Shown here in pieces: positions 28,204-38,104 of a DNA stretch of 64,000 bases (position 1 is its first letter; the number at the start of each line of letters is the position of its first letter). Source of the stretch: an uncultured Verrucomicrobiota bacterium (lineage in GTDB: Bacteria; Verrucomicrobiota; Kiritimatiellia; CAIKKV01); the NCBI GenBank assembly GCA_964481675.1, contig CAYZVY010000001.1, positions 14,006-78,005 on the forward strand, written 5' to 3'. The translations under genes were made by a program, and so were the position numbers. Below the pieces are notes generated by a model, which was not told the DNA's origin, did no database searches, and worked only from the letters and a program-made list of their open reading frames with translations.

Positions 28204-28914
28204 CTATACCGTGCTTTCGGCGTTCTTGCGCAGGTCGGGATGGGGGTCGAGGCGGAAGACGCGGAAGTTGAAGATGTCGGCTTGCACATCCGACCCGATC
28301 AGGCGGAAGCCGAACTTGCCGTGATCGGGAATGGGATGGCGGGAGGTATCGCGGTCCACGACGCCATGGGCGAAGACGCCATCCGCGTAAAACTGCAGGA
28401 AGCCTGCGTCCTTGGTGATGCGGATGTGGTAGGTCCGGCCCATTTCGCGGACGGGATCATTGCCGTGGCCCGCAAGCAGGGAGCCGGGATTGCGCCGCCA
28501 GTTGGAGGTGTTGGTGTGGAGGCCCTTGTCGTCGAAGCGGCTGAACGAGAGGTGGTAGCTCTGGAGTCCCCACTTCAGGGCGAAGTAGTTCTTCATCGAG
28601 CCGTCACGGGGCTCCAGCTTGCCGGCGTCCTCGATCAGGTCCTCGCCGTTCAGGCCCCGGATGGCCACGTAATTGATGACCAGGCCGCCCTGGCTGTGGA
28701 CGACGATGTCGTATTCGATGGCGACCTGGTCGGGCAGGGTGGGCCGGAAGAACGCCATGCAGCCCGGCCCGCCCTGGCGGCTGCCGGGGCAGACCAGGCG
28801 CATGCCGCCGCCCGCGAGCGGCGACATGGAGCCCCAGCCTTCGTGGTGCCACCGGCCCAGCTCCACCAGGGAGTCCTCGTGGAGCGGGGCGCGGTTTTCG
28901 TAGTCCAGCGGCAT
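28204..28914 (-). CDS. DUF1961-like protein (concanavalin-A-like lectin/glucanase fold, YesU-like)
   Basis: 236 aa, size and beta-rich composition consistent with DUF1961. Immediately adjacent to the FAD oxidoreductase and GH29. Confidence 0.4.
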   Translation of the reverse strand: MPLDYENRAPLHEDSLVELGRWHHEGWGSMSPLAGGGMRLVCPGSRQGGPGCMAFFRPTLPDQVAIEYDIVVHSQGGLVINYVAIRGLNGEDLIEDAGKLEPRDGSMKNYFALKWGLQSYHLSFSRFDDKGLHTNTSNWRRNPGSLLAGHGNDPVREMGRTYHIRITKDAGFLQFYADGVFAHGVVDRDTSRHPIPDHGKFGFRLIGSDVQADIFNFRVFRLDPHPDLRKNAESTV

Positions 28915-28926
28915 CCGGGCGATTCC

Positions 28927-30270
28927 TTATTTCAGGAACAGCTCGATGACGGGCACGGCGACGTTGGGCTTCTGGGACGGGAGGTTGAGCGACAGGGTGT
29001 TGGCCTTGTTCGCGATCTGCCCGGCGTGCCAGCCGCCCATGGGACGCAGTTCCGACGCGTCGTTCAGCAGCTGGGCGTATTCGACCTTGTCGGCCAGGTT
29101 GTCCAGGTGGAGGTGCCCGAAGGGCCAGGCCATGACGTGGACGTAGAGCCGCTTCGTTTCGGGGTTCCAGGTCAGGCGGCAGTTGTCGGGGACCGGGATG
29201 TCGGCGGGGGCGGCGGTGCAGCCGTAGATGGAGCGGCTGTGGCGCTTCATCCACTCGCCGATGCCCTGCAGGCGGTTGAGCGCGCGCTCGTCGAACTCGC
29301 CGCGGCCGGTCGGCCCCACGTTCATCAGGAGGTTGCCGCCCTTGCTGACGCAGTCGATCAGGGTGCGGACGAGCTCGTCGATGCTGCGCCAGCTGGATTC
29401 GTCGCGGTGGTAGCCCCACGAGCCGCTGAAAGTCTGGCAGGCCTCCCAGACCACCTTCTGGCCGTCCAGAGTGACCCATTCGCGCGGCTGGCACTGCTCG
29501 GGCGTCTTGATGTCCCAGGCGCCGGGCAGGTCGAGGCGGTCGTCCACGATGATGTCGGGGCGCAGCTTGCGCACGAGCTTGTAGAGCTTTTCGGATTCCC
29601 AGGCGAGGCGCCCTTTGCCCTGGGTGAAATCGCCCTGCTTGGTCTTGTCCTTGGACGGGTAGGAGAAGTCGAACCAGAGCACGTCGATGTCGCCGTAATT
29701 CGTCAGCAGTTCGGTGACCTGGTTGCGCATGTATTCGGCGTAGCGCTCCATCTTCCGGCCCATGTTCAGGACGGCGCGCTCCTCCTCCGTCTTGCCGCGA
29801 TAGGGGCCGATGTGGCAGTCGACGACGTAGTCCGGATGGTGCCAGTCGAGCAGCGAGTAGTAGAGTCCCGCTCGGATGCCGCGCTCGCGGAAGGCCTTGA
29901 CCATGGGCTTGAGCAGGTCCCGCCTGGCGGCGGTGTTGGTGGCCTTGTAGTCCGTGAACCGGGAATCCCAGAGGCAGAAGCCCTCATGGTGCTTGGAGGT
30001 GACGACGAAGTACTTCATCCCGGCGTTGGCGGCGGCCTCGGCCCAGATTTCGGGGTTGTAGAGGTCCGGGTTGAAGCGCTTGAAGTAGCGGCGCTCGTAT
30101 TCGTCGACGGGAATGCTTTCGTTGTTCATCAGCCATTCGTGGCGGGCGCCCTGGGCATAGAGGCCCCAGTGGATGAACATGCCGAAGCGGTCCCGGACGA
30201 ACCAGCGGGTGTCGCCCTTGGGCAGTTTGGTGGCGTCGAACGGTTCGATCTTCTTTGCGGCCTTGGTCAT
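28927..30270 (-). CDS. Alpha-L-fucosidase (GH29)
   Basis: FGMFIHWGLYAQ ... KYFVVTSKHHEGFCLWDS is the GH29 N-terminal signature. Start at the ATG at 30270 preceded by GGGGGA (the track ORF extends into the upstream gene). Confidence 0.8.
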   Translation of the reverse strand: MTKAAKKIEPFDATKLPKGDTRWFVRDRFGMFIHWGLYAQGARHEWLMNNESIPVDEYERRYFKRFNPDLYNPEIWAEAAANAGMKYFVVTSKHHEGFCLWDSRFTDYKATNTAARRDLLKPMVKAFRERGIRAGLYYSLLDWHHPDYVVDCHIGPYRGKTEEERAVLNMGRKMERYAEYMRNQVTELLTNYGDIDVLWFDFSYPSKDKTKQGDFTQGKGRLAWESEKLYKLVRKLRPDIIVDDRLDLPGAWDIKTPEQCQPREWVTLDGQKVVWEACQTFSGSWGYHRDESSWRSIDELVRTLIDCVSKGGNLLMNVGPTGRGEFDERALNRLQGIGEWMKRHSRSIYGCTAAPADIPVPDNCRLTWNPETKRLYVHVMAWPFGHLHLDNLADKVEYAQLLNDASELRPMGGWHAGQIANKANTLSLNLPSQKPNVAVPVIELFLK

Positions 30271-30295
30271 GATTCCCCCTTGATGTCCGGTCAGT

Positions 30296-32563
30296 CTAGT
30301 CTTCCAGAAAATCCACCAGGATGCGCTCGGCTTCCTGTTCGACGATATCCCCATTTTCCTTTTTGCGCTCGGTCGGATCGTCGGGTGTCTGCAGGTCCAT
30401 GAGGGCCCGTTCGGAGCGGGCCAGCTCAACCCGGTCCGCGAGCTTCAGGGAAATGTCGGAGGTTTTCTGCAGGGCGGTCAGGTGGCGGAGCTGTTCCATC
30501 CGGGCCTTGTAGCGGGGGTCGGCCGCCAGGCGGGCATCGGACTTGAGCCGCAGCCGGTCGATGACGGGCTGGAGGTCGGCCACGGGGTTGAAGGGCGCCG
30601 CCTGGATCATGCTCCAGGGGAACGGGTAGGGCAGGTATTCCTCGCCGATTTCCAGGCATTCCAGGGCCGAGGGGATGACGATGTCGGCCGTGACGCCCTT
30701 GAGCTGGGTCGAGCCCCCGCCGATGCGGTGGAAGCTGGCGGCCGTCACCTTGAGCGTGCCCTGGGCGTTGTCGAAGTCGCTGACCGGCATCAGGGTCTGG
30801 ACTGAGCCCTTGCCGTGGGTTTTGGAGTCGCCGATCATGAGGGCGCGGCCGTAATCCTGCAGCGCGGCGGCCAGAATCTCCGAGGCCGACGCGCTCTGGC
30901 GGTTGATGAGGACCGCCATTTTGCCGGCGTAGGAGAGGGTGGGGTCGGGATCGGTCAGCCCGTTGACGCGCCAGCTTTCCTTGACCTGGACGATCGGCAG
31001 GCGGGCGCCCTGCAGGAACAGGCCGGTCAGCTCGACCGCCTCGCCCAGCGCGCCGCCGCCGTTGTCGCGCAGGTCCAGCAGCAAGCCGTCCACCCGGTTG
31101 GTCGCCAGGTCGTCGAGGATGCGCCGGACGTCCTTGGCGCAGCTGCGCAGCTCCTCGTCGCCCCCGCTTTTGCGCCGCATGTCGGCATAGAAGGCGGGCA
31201 GGCGCAGGAGCGCGAGCCGCCAGGTCCTGCCGCCGGCGCCCGGCTGCTCGCGGATTTCGACCTTGGCGGCCTCCTCCTCGAGCTTGACCTCGTCGCGGGT
31301 CAGCTCCAGCTTGATGGTGCGGCCGCTCACGTCGGAGGCGGGGACCACGGAGAGGACCACCTTGGTGCCCCGGGGGCCCCGGATGAGGCGGACGGCGCGC
31401 GACAGCGGCCAGTGCAGGATGTCCACCGGCGCCGCGTCGTCCTGGGCCACGGCCACGATCTTGTCGCCCGGCTGCAGGCGGCCGTCCCGCTCGGCGGGGC
31501 CGCCGGGGATGATCCGGATGACCTTCGGCACGCCGTCCTCGGGGGCCAGCACGGCGCCGATGCCGCTGAGGGAGAGCTTCATGTCGATGTCGAAATCCTC
31601 GGAGGCGGCGGCCGACATGTATTCCGTGTGCGGGTCGTAGGCCTGGCTGAAGGAGCTGATATAGCTCTGGGCCACCCATTCGGCGTCGTGGTCTTCCACC
31701 ACGAACAGCTGCTGTTCGTAGCGCTTGCGGATGAAGGCTTCCGGCGACAGGTTTTCCCAGGCCTTGTAGGCGGCGTTGGGCGCGTTCGTGGGGGCCACGG
31801 GCGCGTTCGTGGCGGACGCCTCCGCGGGCGCGGCGTTGGAGGCGGCTTTCGCGTCTTCCTGCTGCAGGGTGCGGGAGACCAGGCGGGAGACCACCTCGTT
31901 CTTCACCTTCAGGCGCCACAGGTTGTCCCAGGCGGGGTCGGACTCCGCCCAGTTCGCGTCCTTCCGTTTCCAGGAATAGGACTCGGGCAGGGAGAAGTCC
32001 ATGGGCTTTTCGAGCGTCTCGTTGACGAAGGCGGTCCGGTTGCGGAGCCGGGTCTTGTACGTTTCGAAAACGCGGAAGGCGAAGGCGAGGTCGCCGCCCT
32101 TCAGGGCGTCGGCCAGCTTGTCGGTTTCGTTCCTGAATTCCTCGATGTCGGAGGCGAGGAAGACGGTGCGGTCGTAGTCCAGCTTGTCGATGAACAGGGC
32201 GAGGGCGCGGCCGGCCATTTCGTCGTTGAGGGGAAGGCGGGTCAGGTGCGAGGAGGGCAGGCGGCGCGCCACATTCCGGGCGATCAGGGGGTGAATCGGC
32301 TCGGGCTTCAGGATCCTGGGCTGGCCGGAGGGCGCCGGGACGAACGGCTCGCTTCCGGAGGTGACCTGGGCGGCGGGAACGGAATCGGCCCCGAGCTGGT
32401 CGCGCAGCCAGGAGCGGAACCCGCCCACCCAGTCGCCATGGGCCGCGCCCCGGAAGGCGAAGGCGATCAGCATCAGGAGGAACAGGGGCGCCAGGATGCG
32501 GAGCGAGGAATACCCCCGGGAACGGGCGGACCGGCTGACGGATGGCTCTTTTTCTGTAGTCAT
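30296..32563 (-). CDS. Carboxy-terminal processing (tail-specific) protease, S41A family
   Basis: PDZ segment plus catalytic INRQSASASEILAAAL (Ser) and THGKGSVQ (Lys) blocks. Long N- and C-terminal extensions as in Prc/Tsp. Start chosen at MTTEKEPS (32563). Confidence 0.75.
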   Translation of the reverse strand: MTTEKEPSVSRSARSRGYSSLRILAPLFLLMLIAFAFRGAAHGDWVGGFRSWLRDQLGADSVPAAQVTSGSEPFVPAPSGQPRILKPEPIHPLIARNVARRLPSSHLTRLPLNDEMAGRALALFIDKLDYDRTVFLASDIEEFRNETDKLADALKGGDLAFAFRVFETYKTRLRNRTAFVNETLEKPMDFSLPESYSWKRKDANWAESDPAWDNLWRLKVKNEVVSRLVSRTLQQEDAKAASNAAPAEASATNAPVAPTNAPNAAYKAWENLSPEAFIRKRYEQQLFVVEDHDAEWVAQSYISSFSQAYDPHTEYMSAAASEDFDIDMKLSLSGIGAVLAPEDGVPKVIRIIPGGPAERDGRLQPGDKIVAVAQDDAAPVDILHWPLSRAVRLIRGPRGTKVVLSVVPASDVSGRTIKLELTRDEVKLEEEAAKVEIREQPGAGGRTWRLALLRLPAFYADMRRKSGGDEELRSCAKDVRRILDDLATNRVDGLLLDLRDNGGGALGEAVELTGLFLQGARLPIVQVKESWRVNGLTDPDPTLSYAGKMAVLINRQSASASEILAAALQDYGRALMIGDSKTHGKGSVQTLMPVSDFDNAQGTLKVTAASFHRIGGGSTQLKGVTADIVIPSALECLEIGEEYLPYPFPWSMIQAAPFNPVADLQPVIDRLRLKSDARLAADPRYKARMEQLRHLTALQKTSDISLKLADRVELARSERALMDLQTPDDPTERKKENGDIVEQEAERILVDFLED

Positions 32564-32682
32564 GAATGTTCCTGTATAGCATGGAAGGGGCCCTGCAAGC
32601 GAGCTCAAAAACCGCTTCGTTTAGGCTTGCCTTGGTCCGGCTGATCTCCTTACTCTACGCCAACGGGACTGAAGGGGTGATC

Positions 32683-33987
32683 ATGATCGTCAAAGGGGCG
32701 CGCCGCGGAATCCATGCGTTCAGGGTCCGGACCAAGCTGGTCATGGAGTTCATCCTGCTCGTCACCGTGGAGCCCATCCTCGGCTTTGTCCGCGATGACG
32801 GGTTCCAGAAGGCCGGCATGCTGGCCTATTACACGTTCATGTCGTTCATCCCCCTGTTCCTGGCCCTGGTGCTGGTGGGGGGGCGGTTCCTGGACCCGAA
32901 GGAGGCGGTGGCCATCCTTCAGAACCTGGTGGGGCAGCTCCTGCCCCAGAGCCGGGACCTGGTCATGCGGGAGGTGGAGGGGCTCGCCAGCCAGAAGGCC
33001 TGGAGCCTGGTGTCCATCGTGGTCCTGTTCTGGATGATGATGCCCGTCGCGTCCGTGCTCCGCGTCACCTTCGCCTCGATCTTCAAGACCTCCATGCGCA
33101 CGTTCCGCGAGCGGGGCTCCGGCGTCATCTCCTTCGTCCTGGGCAAGCTCTACGACATGGGCTCCCTGCTGCTGATCGTGACCCTGATGGCGATCCTGAC
33201 CGGCACCGGCTGGGTGACCGACCTGGCCGAGCGGCTGGTGGGGGACCGCTGGCCGCTGCTGAAGACGCTGGTCGACTACGGCATCCCGACGCTGACGTCG
33301 TTCCTCTGCCTGTTCCTGTTTTTCTTCCTCTTCGTGCCGAACCCCCGGAAGCCCTACGCCCTCCTCGGCGGCGCCGCCGTCACCGCCATCCTGCTGAAGC
33401 TGATGAATCCCGTGTTTTCGCTCATGCTGCAGTTCGACCCCAACTACGGGTACATGTTCGGCTCGCTCAAGGCCATCTTCCTGTTCTTCATCTGGATCTA
33501 CTACTCCTCGATCTGCATCCTGTTCGGCTCCGAGGTGATGTCCTGCCTTGTCCGGCGGCGGGAGCTGGTGCTGCGCGACCAGGTGAAGCGGCTGCTGAGC
33601 GGGGACGCGTCGAATCCCCGGTACCGGTACCTGGCCCGGAGCTACACCAGGCCCATGCGGCGGGGGGACGTGGTGTTCAGGCAGGGGGACGCGGCCGAGG
33701 AGCTCTATGTGGTGGTCCGCGGCCGGCTGGCCATGGTGCGGGACGGGGTGGTGGTGTCGGTGATGGAAAAGGGGCGCTGCTTCGGCGAGGTGGGCGCCCT
33801 TCTGCGCCTGCCCCGGCTGGCCACGGCGCGGGTGGAATCCGAGGAGGCGGAGGTCGTGGCGCTAAGCCCGGCGCACCTGTCGGACCCGGAGCTGCTGCTG
33901 AAGCTGCTGCAGGACATGGCCGGCCGGCTCGTCCGGAGCGAAACCGCGGCGCGGCCCGGGCCCGACGAAACGACCGGCCTGTCCTGA
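32683..33987 (+). CDS. YihY/BrkB-family membrane protein fused to a C-terminal cyclic-nucleotide-binding domain
   Basis: Six TM helices with YihY-like spacing. C-terminal CAP-family cNMP fold VVFRQGDAAEELYVVVRGRL...GRCFGEVGALL. Confidence 0.6.
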   Translation: MIVKGARRGIHAFRVRTKLVMEFILLVTVEPILGFVRDDGFQKAGMLAYYTFMSFIPLFLALVLVGGRFLDPKEAVAILQNLVGQLLPQSRDLVMREVEGLASQKAWSLVSIVVLFWMMMPVASVLRVTFASIFKTSMRTFRERGSGVISFVLGKLYDMGSLLLIVTLMAILTGTGWVTDLAERLVGDRWPLLKTLVDYGIPTLTSFLCLFLFFFLFVPNPRKPYALLGGAAVTAILLKLMNPVFSLMLQFDPNYGYMFGSLKAIFLFFIWIYYSSICILFGSEVMSCLVRRRELVLRDQVKRLLSGDASNPRYRYLARSYTRPMRRGDVVFRQGDAAEELYVVVRGRLAMVRDGVVVSVMEKGRCFGEVGALLRLPRLATARVESEEAEVVALSPAHLSDPELLLKLLQDMAGRLVRSETAARPGPDETTGLS

Positions 33988-33991
33988 CGGT

Positions 33992-36088
33992 TTATTTCTC
34001 GACGCTGATGCGCGCGTCCACCGCCACGGACGTCTGGCCGGGCTGGCCCGCCATGAACGGGTTGATGTCCAGCTCCTTGATTTCCGGGAAATCGGTGACG
34101 AGCTGGGAGAGGCGCAGCAGCGCCTGCACGATGGCGTCCAGATCCGCGCCCGGCTGGCCGCGCACGCCCTGGAGGATCTTGTACGTGCGCGTGCTTTCGA
34201 GCATCTGCCGCGCGTCGCGCTCCGACAGGGGCGCCAGGGCGAAGGTCACGTCCTTCAGCACTTCCACCAGGATGCCGCCCAGGCCGAACATCAGCATGGC
34301 GCCCATCTTGTCGCGGTTCACCCCGAGGATGATCTCGTGGCTGCGCTTGCACATCTCCTGGATCGAGACGCCCTCGAGCCGCGCCTTCGGCAGCTTCTGC
34401 GGGATCTGGGTCATCATCGCCGTGTAGGCGTCCTTGACCGCCTGGGCGTTCGCCAGGTTGACCTTCACGCCGCCGACGTCGGACTTGTGGGAGATGTCGG
34501 GCGAGTTGATCTTCATGACCACGGGGAAGCCGATGGCCGCCGCTTCGGCCGCCGCCCCGTCGGCCGACAGGGCGATGGCGGATTTCGGGACCGCGAACCC
34601 GTAGGCGGCCAGCACCTTCTTGGCCTCGGTCTCGCCCACCTCGCGGAGGCCCTTGTCCAGATGCGCCTTGAGGATGGCGCCGGCCGCGGCCTTGTCGACC
34701 TTCACGGGGGCGAGGACGCGGGCCGGCTCGCGGCGCCAGGCGGCGTATTCGGCGAATACCTTGATGGCCTTGACGGCGTTCTCGGGGGATTCGTACTGGG
34801 GAATGTTGCCGTCGCGCAGGATGGCCAGGCCGTCGGCGATCTTGGCCGCGCCCATGAAGCAGGCGAGGACGGGCTTGTGGGCCTTGGCCTTGTTGATGCG
34901 CACCATGGCCCGGGCCGTCTCCGTGGCCTGCGTCATGGCCTGGGGCGTCAGCAGGACCAGGGCGATGTCCACGCCCGGATCGTCCAGCACCGTGTCGAGG
35001 GCGAACTCATAGCGGTCGGCCAGGGCGTCGCCCAGCACGTCCACCGGGTTCGTGATGTTGGCCGCGGGCGGGAGCTTCGGGGCCAGCTTCTTCATGGTCT
35101 CGTCGGTCAGCTTCGCGAAGGTCAGGCCTTCGCGCTCGATCGCGTCGGCGGCCATGATGCCGGGGCCGCCGGCGTTGGTCACGACGACCACGCGGGAGCC
35201 CTTGGGCAGGGGCTGGAAGGCGAACGCCTGGGCGAAATCGAACTGGGCCTTGATGGAGGGGCAGCGGACGATGCCGGTGCGCTGGAACAGGCAGTTGTAG
35301 ACGGTGTCGCCGCCGGCGAGGCTGCCCGTGTGGGAGGAGGCGGCCTTGGCGCCCGCCGCGGTGCCGCCGGATTTCATGAGCAGGATGGGCTTGCGGCGGC
35401 TGACCTCCTCGGCGATCGTCGTGAAGGCCTGGCCGTCGATGATGTTCTCCAGGTAGCCGGCGATGACGGTGGTGGCGGGGTCATCGCCCAGCGCCTTGAT
35501 CATGTCCAGCTCGTTGATGTCGCACTTGTTGCCGAAGCTGACGAGCTTGCTGAAGCCGATTTTCTGGGCGTTGGCCATGTCCAGGATGGCGGCCATCAGG
35601 GCGCCGGACTGGGACATGTAGCCGATGCCGCCCTCGACGGGCAGGTCGCCGCCGAAGCTGCCGTTCAGCCGGGAGCGGGTGCACATGACGCCGAGGCAGT
35701 TGGGCCCGACCACGCGGATGCCGTTCTTTTTGGCGATGGCGGCCACCTCGTCCTCGATGGCCTTGCCGGCGGCGCCCGTTTCCTTGAACCCGGCCGTGAT
35801 GATGACGACCGACTTGATGCCCAGCTCCACGCACTCGTTCATGATGCCGACCACGAACTTCGAGGGGATCACGACGATGACCAGGTCCACCGGCTTGCCG
35901 ATCGCCTTGATCGACGGGAAGCAGGGCAGCCCCTCCACTTCCGTGGCCTTGGCGTTCACCGGGAAGATGTCGCCCTTGAAGCCGCCGCGGATCATGCTGG
36001 CGAGGATTTCGTAGCCGACTTTGCCCTTTTCCCGCGACGCTCCGACAATGGCGACCGAACGGGGGGTGAAAAACTTCTCCAGACTCAT
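33992..36088 (-). CDS. Acetyl-CoA synthetase (ADP-forming), fused alpha-beta subunits
   Basis: CoA-binding N-terminus SVAIVGASREKGKVGYEIL, succinyl-CoA-synthetase-like ligase domain, C-terminal ATP-grasp GFPVVMKINSPDISHKSDVGGV. Start at MSLEKFF (36088). Confidence 0.8.
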   Translation of the reverse strand: MSLEKFFTPRSVAIVGASREKGKVGYEILASMIRGGFKGDIFPVNAKATEVEGLPCFPSIKAIGKPVDLVIVVIPSKFVVGIMNECVELGIKSVVIITAGFKETGAAGKAIEDEVAAIAKKNGIRVVGPNCLGVMCTRSRLNGSFGGDLPVEGGIGYMSQSGALMAAILDMANAQKIGFSKLVSFGNKCDINELDMIKALGDDPATTVIAGYLENIIDGQAFTTIAEEVSRRKPILLMKSGGTAAGAKAASSHTGSLAGGDTVYNCLFQRTGIVRCPSIKAQFDFAQAFAFQPLPKGSRVVVVTNAGGPGIMAADAIEREGLTFAKLTDETMKKLAPKLPPAANITNPVDVLGDALADRYEFALDTVLDDPGVDIALVLLTPQAMTQATETARAMVRINKAKAHKPVLACFMGAAKIADGLAILRDGNIPQYESPENAVKAIKVFAEYAAWRREPARVLAPVKVDKAAAGAILKAHLDKGLREVGETEAKKVLAAYGFAVPKSAIALSADGAAAEAAAIGFPVVMKINSPDISHKSDVGGVKVNLANAQAVKDAYTAMMTQIPQKLPKARLEGVSIQEMCKRSHEIILGVNRDKMGAMLMFGLGGILVEVLKDVTFALAPLSERDARQMLESTRTYKILQGVRGQPGADLDAIVQALLRLSQLVTDFPEIKELDINPFMAGQPGQTSVAVDARISVEK

Positions 36089-36255
36089 CGTGCGGACCTT
36101 TCGATAGGCGGTTATGCGCCGTCCGAAAACGGCGTCAAAAAAACCTATAAAAGATATCAGAACGGGCACGGAAGTCAAGGCGTGAAACGCGGCGGAAACG
36201 CCTTGCAAAACCCGCGCCGGCGTCGACAATAGGGGGTCGACTGGAAGGAGGCGGT

Positions 36256-37533
36256 ATGGACAGTTGGGTGCTGGAGGGAGTCCGGATTCTGGACCCTCTT
36301 TCGGGACGGGATGAAATCGGCGACCTGGCCGTGTGCGGCGGCGTCTTCGCCGATCCCGCCGTGCTCCGGGGGCGGGGGGCCGTCCTCGACGCGCGGGGGC
36401 TCTGGGTTTTTCCCGGCGCCATCGACCTGCACGTGCACCTGCGCGAGCCGGGCCGCGAGGAGGCCGAGACCGTGGCGACCGGCTGCCTGGCCGCCGCCCG
36501 CGGGGGCTTCACCCGCCTGGGCGTGATGCCCAACACCACGCCGCCGCTCGATTCGCCCGCCGAGGTGGCCGCCCTGCTGGCCCGCGGGGCCCGGGCAGGC
36601 CTGGCGCGGCTCGTGCCGTGCGCCTGCCTGACCCGCGGGCGCGCCGGCCGCGAGGCGGCCGACCTGGCGGCGCTGGCGGCGGCCGGCGCGGGCGCTTTTA
36701 CGGACGACGGGACCACTCCCGCGGACGAGGCCGTGATGCGGGAGGTCATGCGGCGGGCGGCCCGGCTGGGCTTGCCGGTGCTGGACCACGCCCTCGATCC
36801 GGCCTGCCGGGGCCACCTGGCCGAGGGGCCCAAGGCCGCGGCGCTCGGCCTGGAGGGCGTGCCCGCCTCGGCCGAAATCCGGATGGTCGAGCGCGACATC
36901 CGCCTGGCCGCCGAGACCGGCTGCGCCATCCACATCCAGCATGTCTCCTGCCGCGAAACGGTGGACCTGCTCCGGCAGGCGCAGCGGCAGGGCCTCAAGG
37001 TGACCGGCGAGGCGAGCCCGCATCACCTGGCGCTGACCGACGCGGACATCCCGCGGGCGGACCCCCATTTCAAGATGAGCCCGCCGCTGCGGAGCGGGCG
37101 CGACCGCGACGCGCTGCGCGAGGCGGTGCGGGAGGGCGTGCTGGGCGTGCTGGCCACGGACCACGCCCCGCATGCGCCGGCCGCCAAGGCGCGCGGATTC
37201 GCCGCGGCGGCCAACGGCGTCATGGGCCTTGAAACCGCCCTGGCCGTCACCTGCCACCTTCTCGTCCACCGCCTGGGCATGAGCCCGCTCGACTGGGTGC
37301 GGCGCTGGACGACCGGCCCCGCCCGCGTGCTCAACGTGCCGCCGCCGTCGCTGGCGGCGGGGGCCCCGGCGGATGTCGCCGTTTTCGATCCGGTGGCGCG
37401 GTGGACGGTCCGCGCGGCCCGGTTCGCATCGCCCTCCCGCAACACGCCGTTCGAGGGGTGGGAGCTGACGGGCCGGGTGGTCCGCACCGCCCTGGGCGGG
37501 CGGACCACGTTTGCGCTGCAGCCCCCTTTTTAG
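36256..37533 (+). CDS. pyrC: Dihydroorotase
   Basis: Amidohydrolase metal-binding motifs PGAIDLHVHLREPG near the N-terminus and VLATDHAPH. 425 aa. Confidence 0.8.
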   Translation: MDSWVLEGVRILDPLSGRDEIGDLAVCGGVFADPAVLRGRGAVLDARGLWVFPGAIDLHVHLREPGREEAETVATGCLAAARGGFTRLGVMPNTTPPLDSPAEVAALLARGARAGLARLVPCACLTRGRAGREAADLAALAAAGAGAFTDDGTTPADEAVMREVMRRAARLGLPVLDHALDPACRGHLAEGPKAAALGLEGVPASAEIRMVERDIRLAAETGCAIHIQHVSCRETVDLLRQAQRQGLKVTGEASPHHLALTDADIPRADPHFKMSPPLRSGRDRDALREAVREGVLGVLATDHAPHAPAAKARGFAAAANGVMGLETALAVTCHLLVHRLGMSPLDWVRRWTTGPARVLNVPPPSLAAGAPADVAVFDPVARWTVRAARFASPSRNTPFEGWELTGRVVRTALGGRTTFALQPPF

Positions 37534-37544
37534 CGTGGCCGGGG

Positions 37545-37573
37545 TTGACAGGTTCCGGCAACGGGCCTAGTAT
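37545..37573 (+). promoter_or_regulatory. Near-consensus sigma70-type promoter upstream of the FHA gene
   Basis: TTGACA (37545-37550), 17-nt spacer, TAGTAT (37568-37573), followed by AAGGGAGG RBS and the ATG at 37598. Confidence 0.45.
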
Positions 37574-37597
37574 GCGGCTGATCACAAGGGAGGCGGT

Positions 37598-38104
37598 ATG
37601 GCGTTCCTGCTGGAGATAAAAGGACTGACGCCGGGGACCCGGTACGACTTGGACAAGGACGCCACCACCCTCGGGCGGCGTTCCGAAAATGAAGTGCCCG
37701 TGGAGTCGGCTGCCGTTTCCGGCCGTCACCTGGTGATCCTGCGCGAGGGCCCCCGCTTCCGCCTGCGCGACCTGGACTCGACCAACGGCACCCTCCTGAA
37801 CGGCGCGCCCGTCCGCGAGACCATGCTGGCGCACCACGACGTGATCCGCGTCGGCGAGATCGAATTCGAGTTCAACGACCCCTCGTGGGCGGAGATCACG
37901 CCCGACAAGGACGCGGCCTCCCGGCTTCCTCCGACGGTCGGCGTGAAGCCCGCCTCCCAGCGCATCCCGACCTCGTTCCAGAACGCCTCGCCGTTCGGCA
38001 CCCGGCGCGATTTCAGCAACTTCTGGATGGTGCTGATCATTCTCGGCGCCCTGGCGTGCATCGGGCTGGGCGCGTTTTTCATGTACCTCTTTTTCCGCGG
38101 GTGA
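37598..38104 (+). CDS. FHA-domain protein with C-terminal transmembrane anchor
   Basis: FHA core TTLGRRSENEVPV...SGRHLVI...DLDSTNGTLLNG. C-terminal FWMVLIILGALACIGLGAFFMYLFF. Confidence 0.7.
   Translation: MAFLLEIKGLTPGTRYDLDKDATTLGRRSENEVPVESAAVSGRHLVILREGPRFRLRDLDSTNGTLLNGAPVRETMLAHHDVIRVGEIEFEFNDPSWAEITPDKDAASRLPPTVGVKPASQRIPTSFQNASPFGTRRDFSNFWMVLIILGALACIGLGAFFMYLFFRG

Noticed and set aside
28240-30402. 720-aa plus-strand ORF
   Set aside because: Antisense to the GH29 fucosidase and DUF1961 genes. Gly/Val/Ala-rich without domain features.
30426-32582. 718-aa minus-strand ORF
   Set aside because: Alternate frame of the Prc protease gene. The frame with the S41 catalytic SASASE motif (30296-32563) is the real one.
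34337-36232. 631-aa plus-strand ORF
   Set aside because: Antisense to ADP-forming acetyl-CoA synthetase. Gly/Ala/Asp-rich low complexity.
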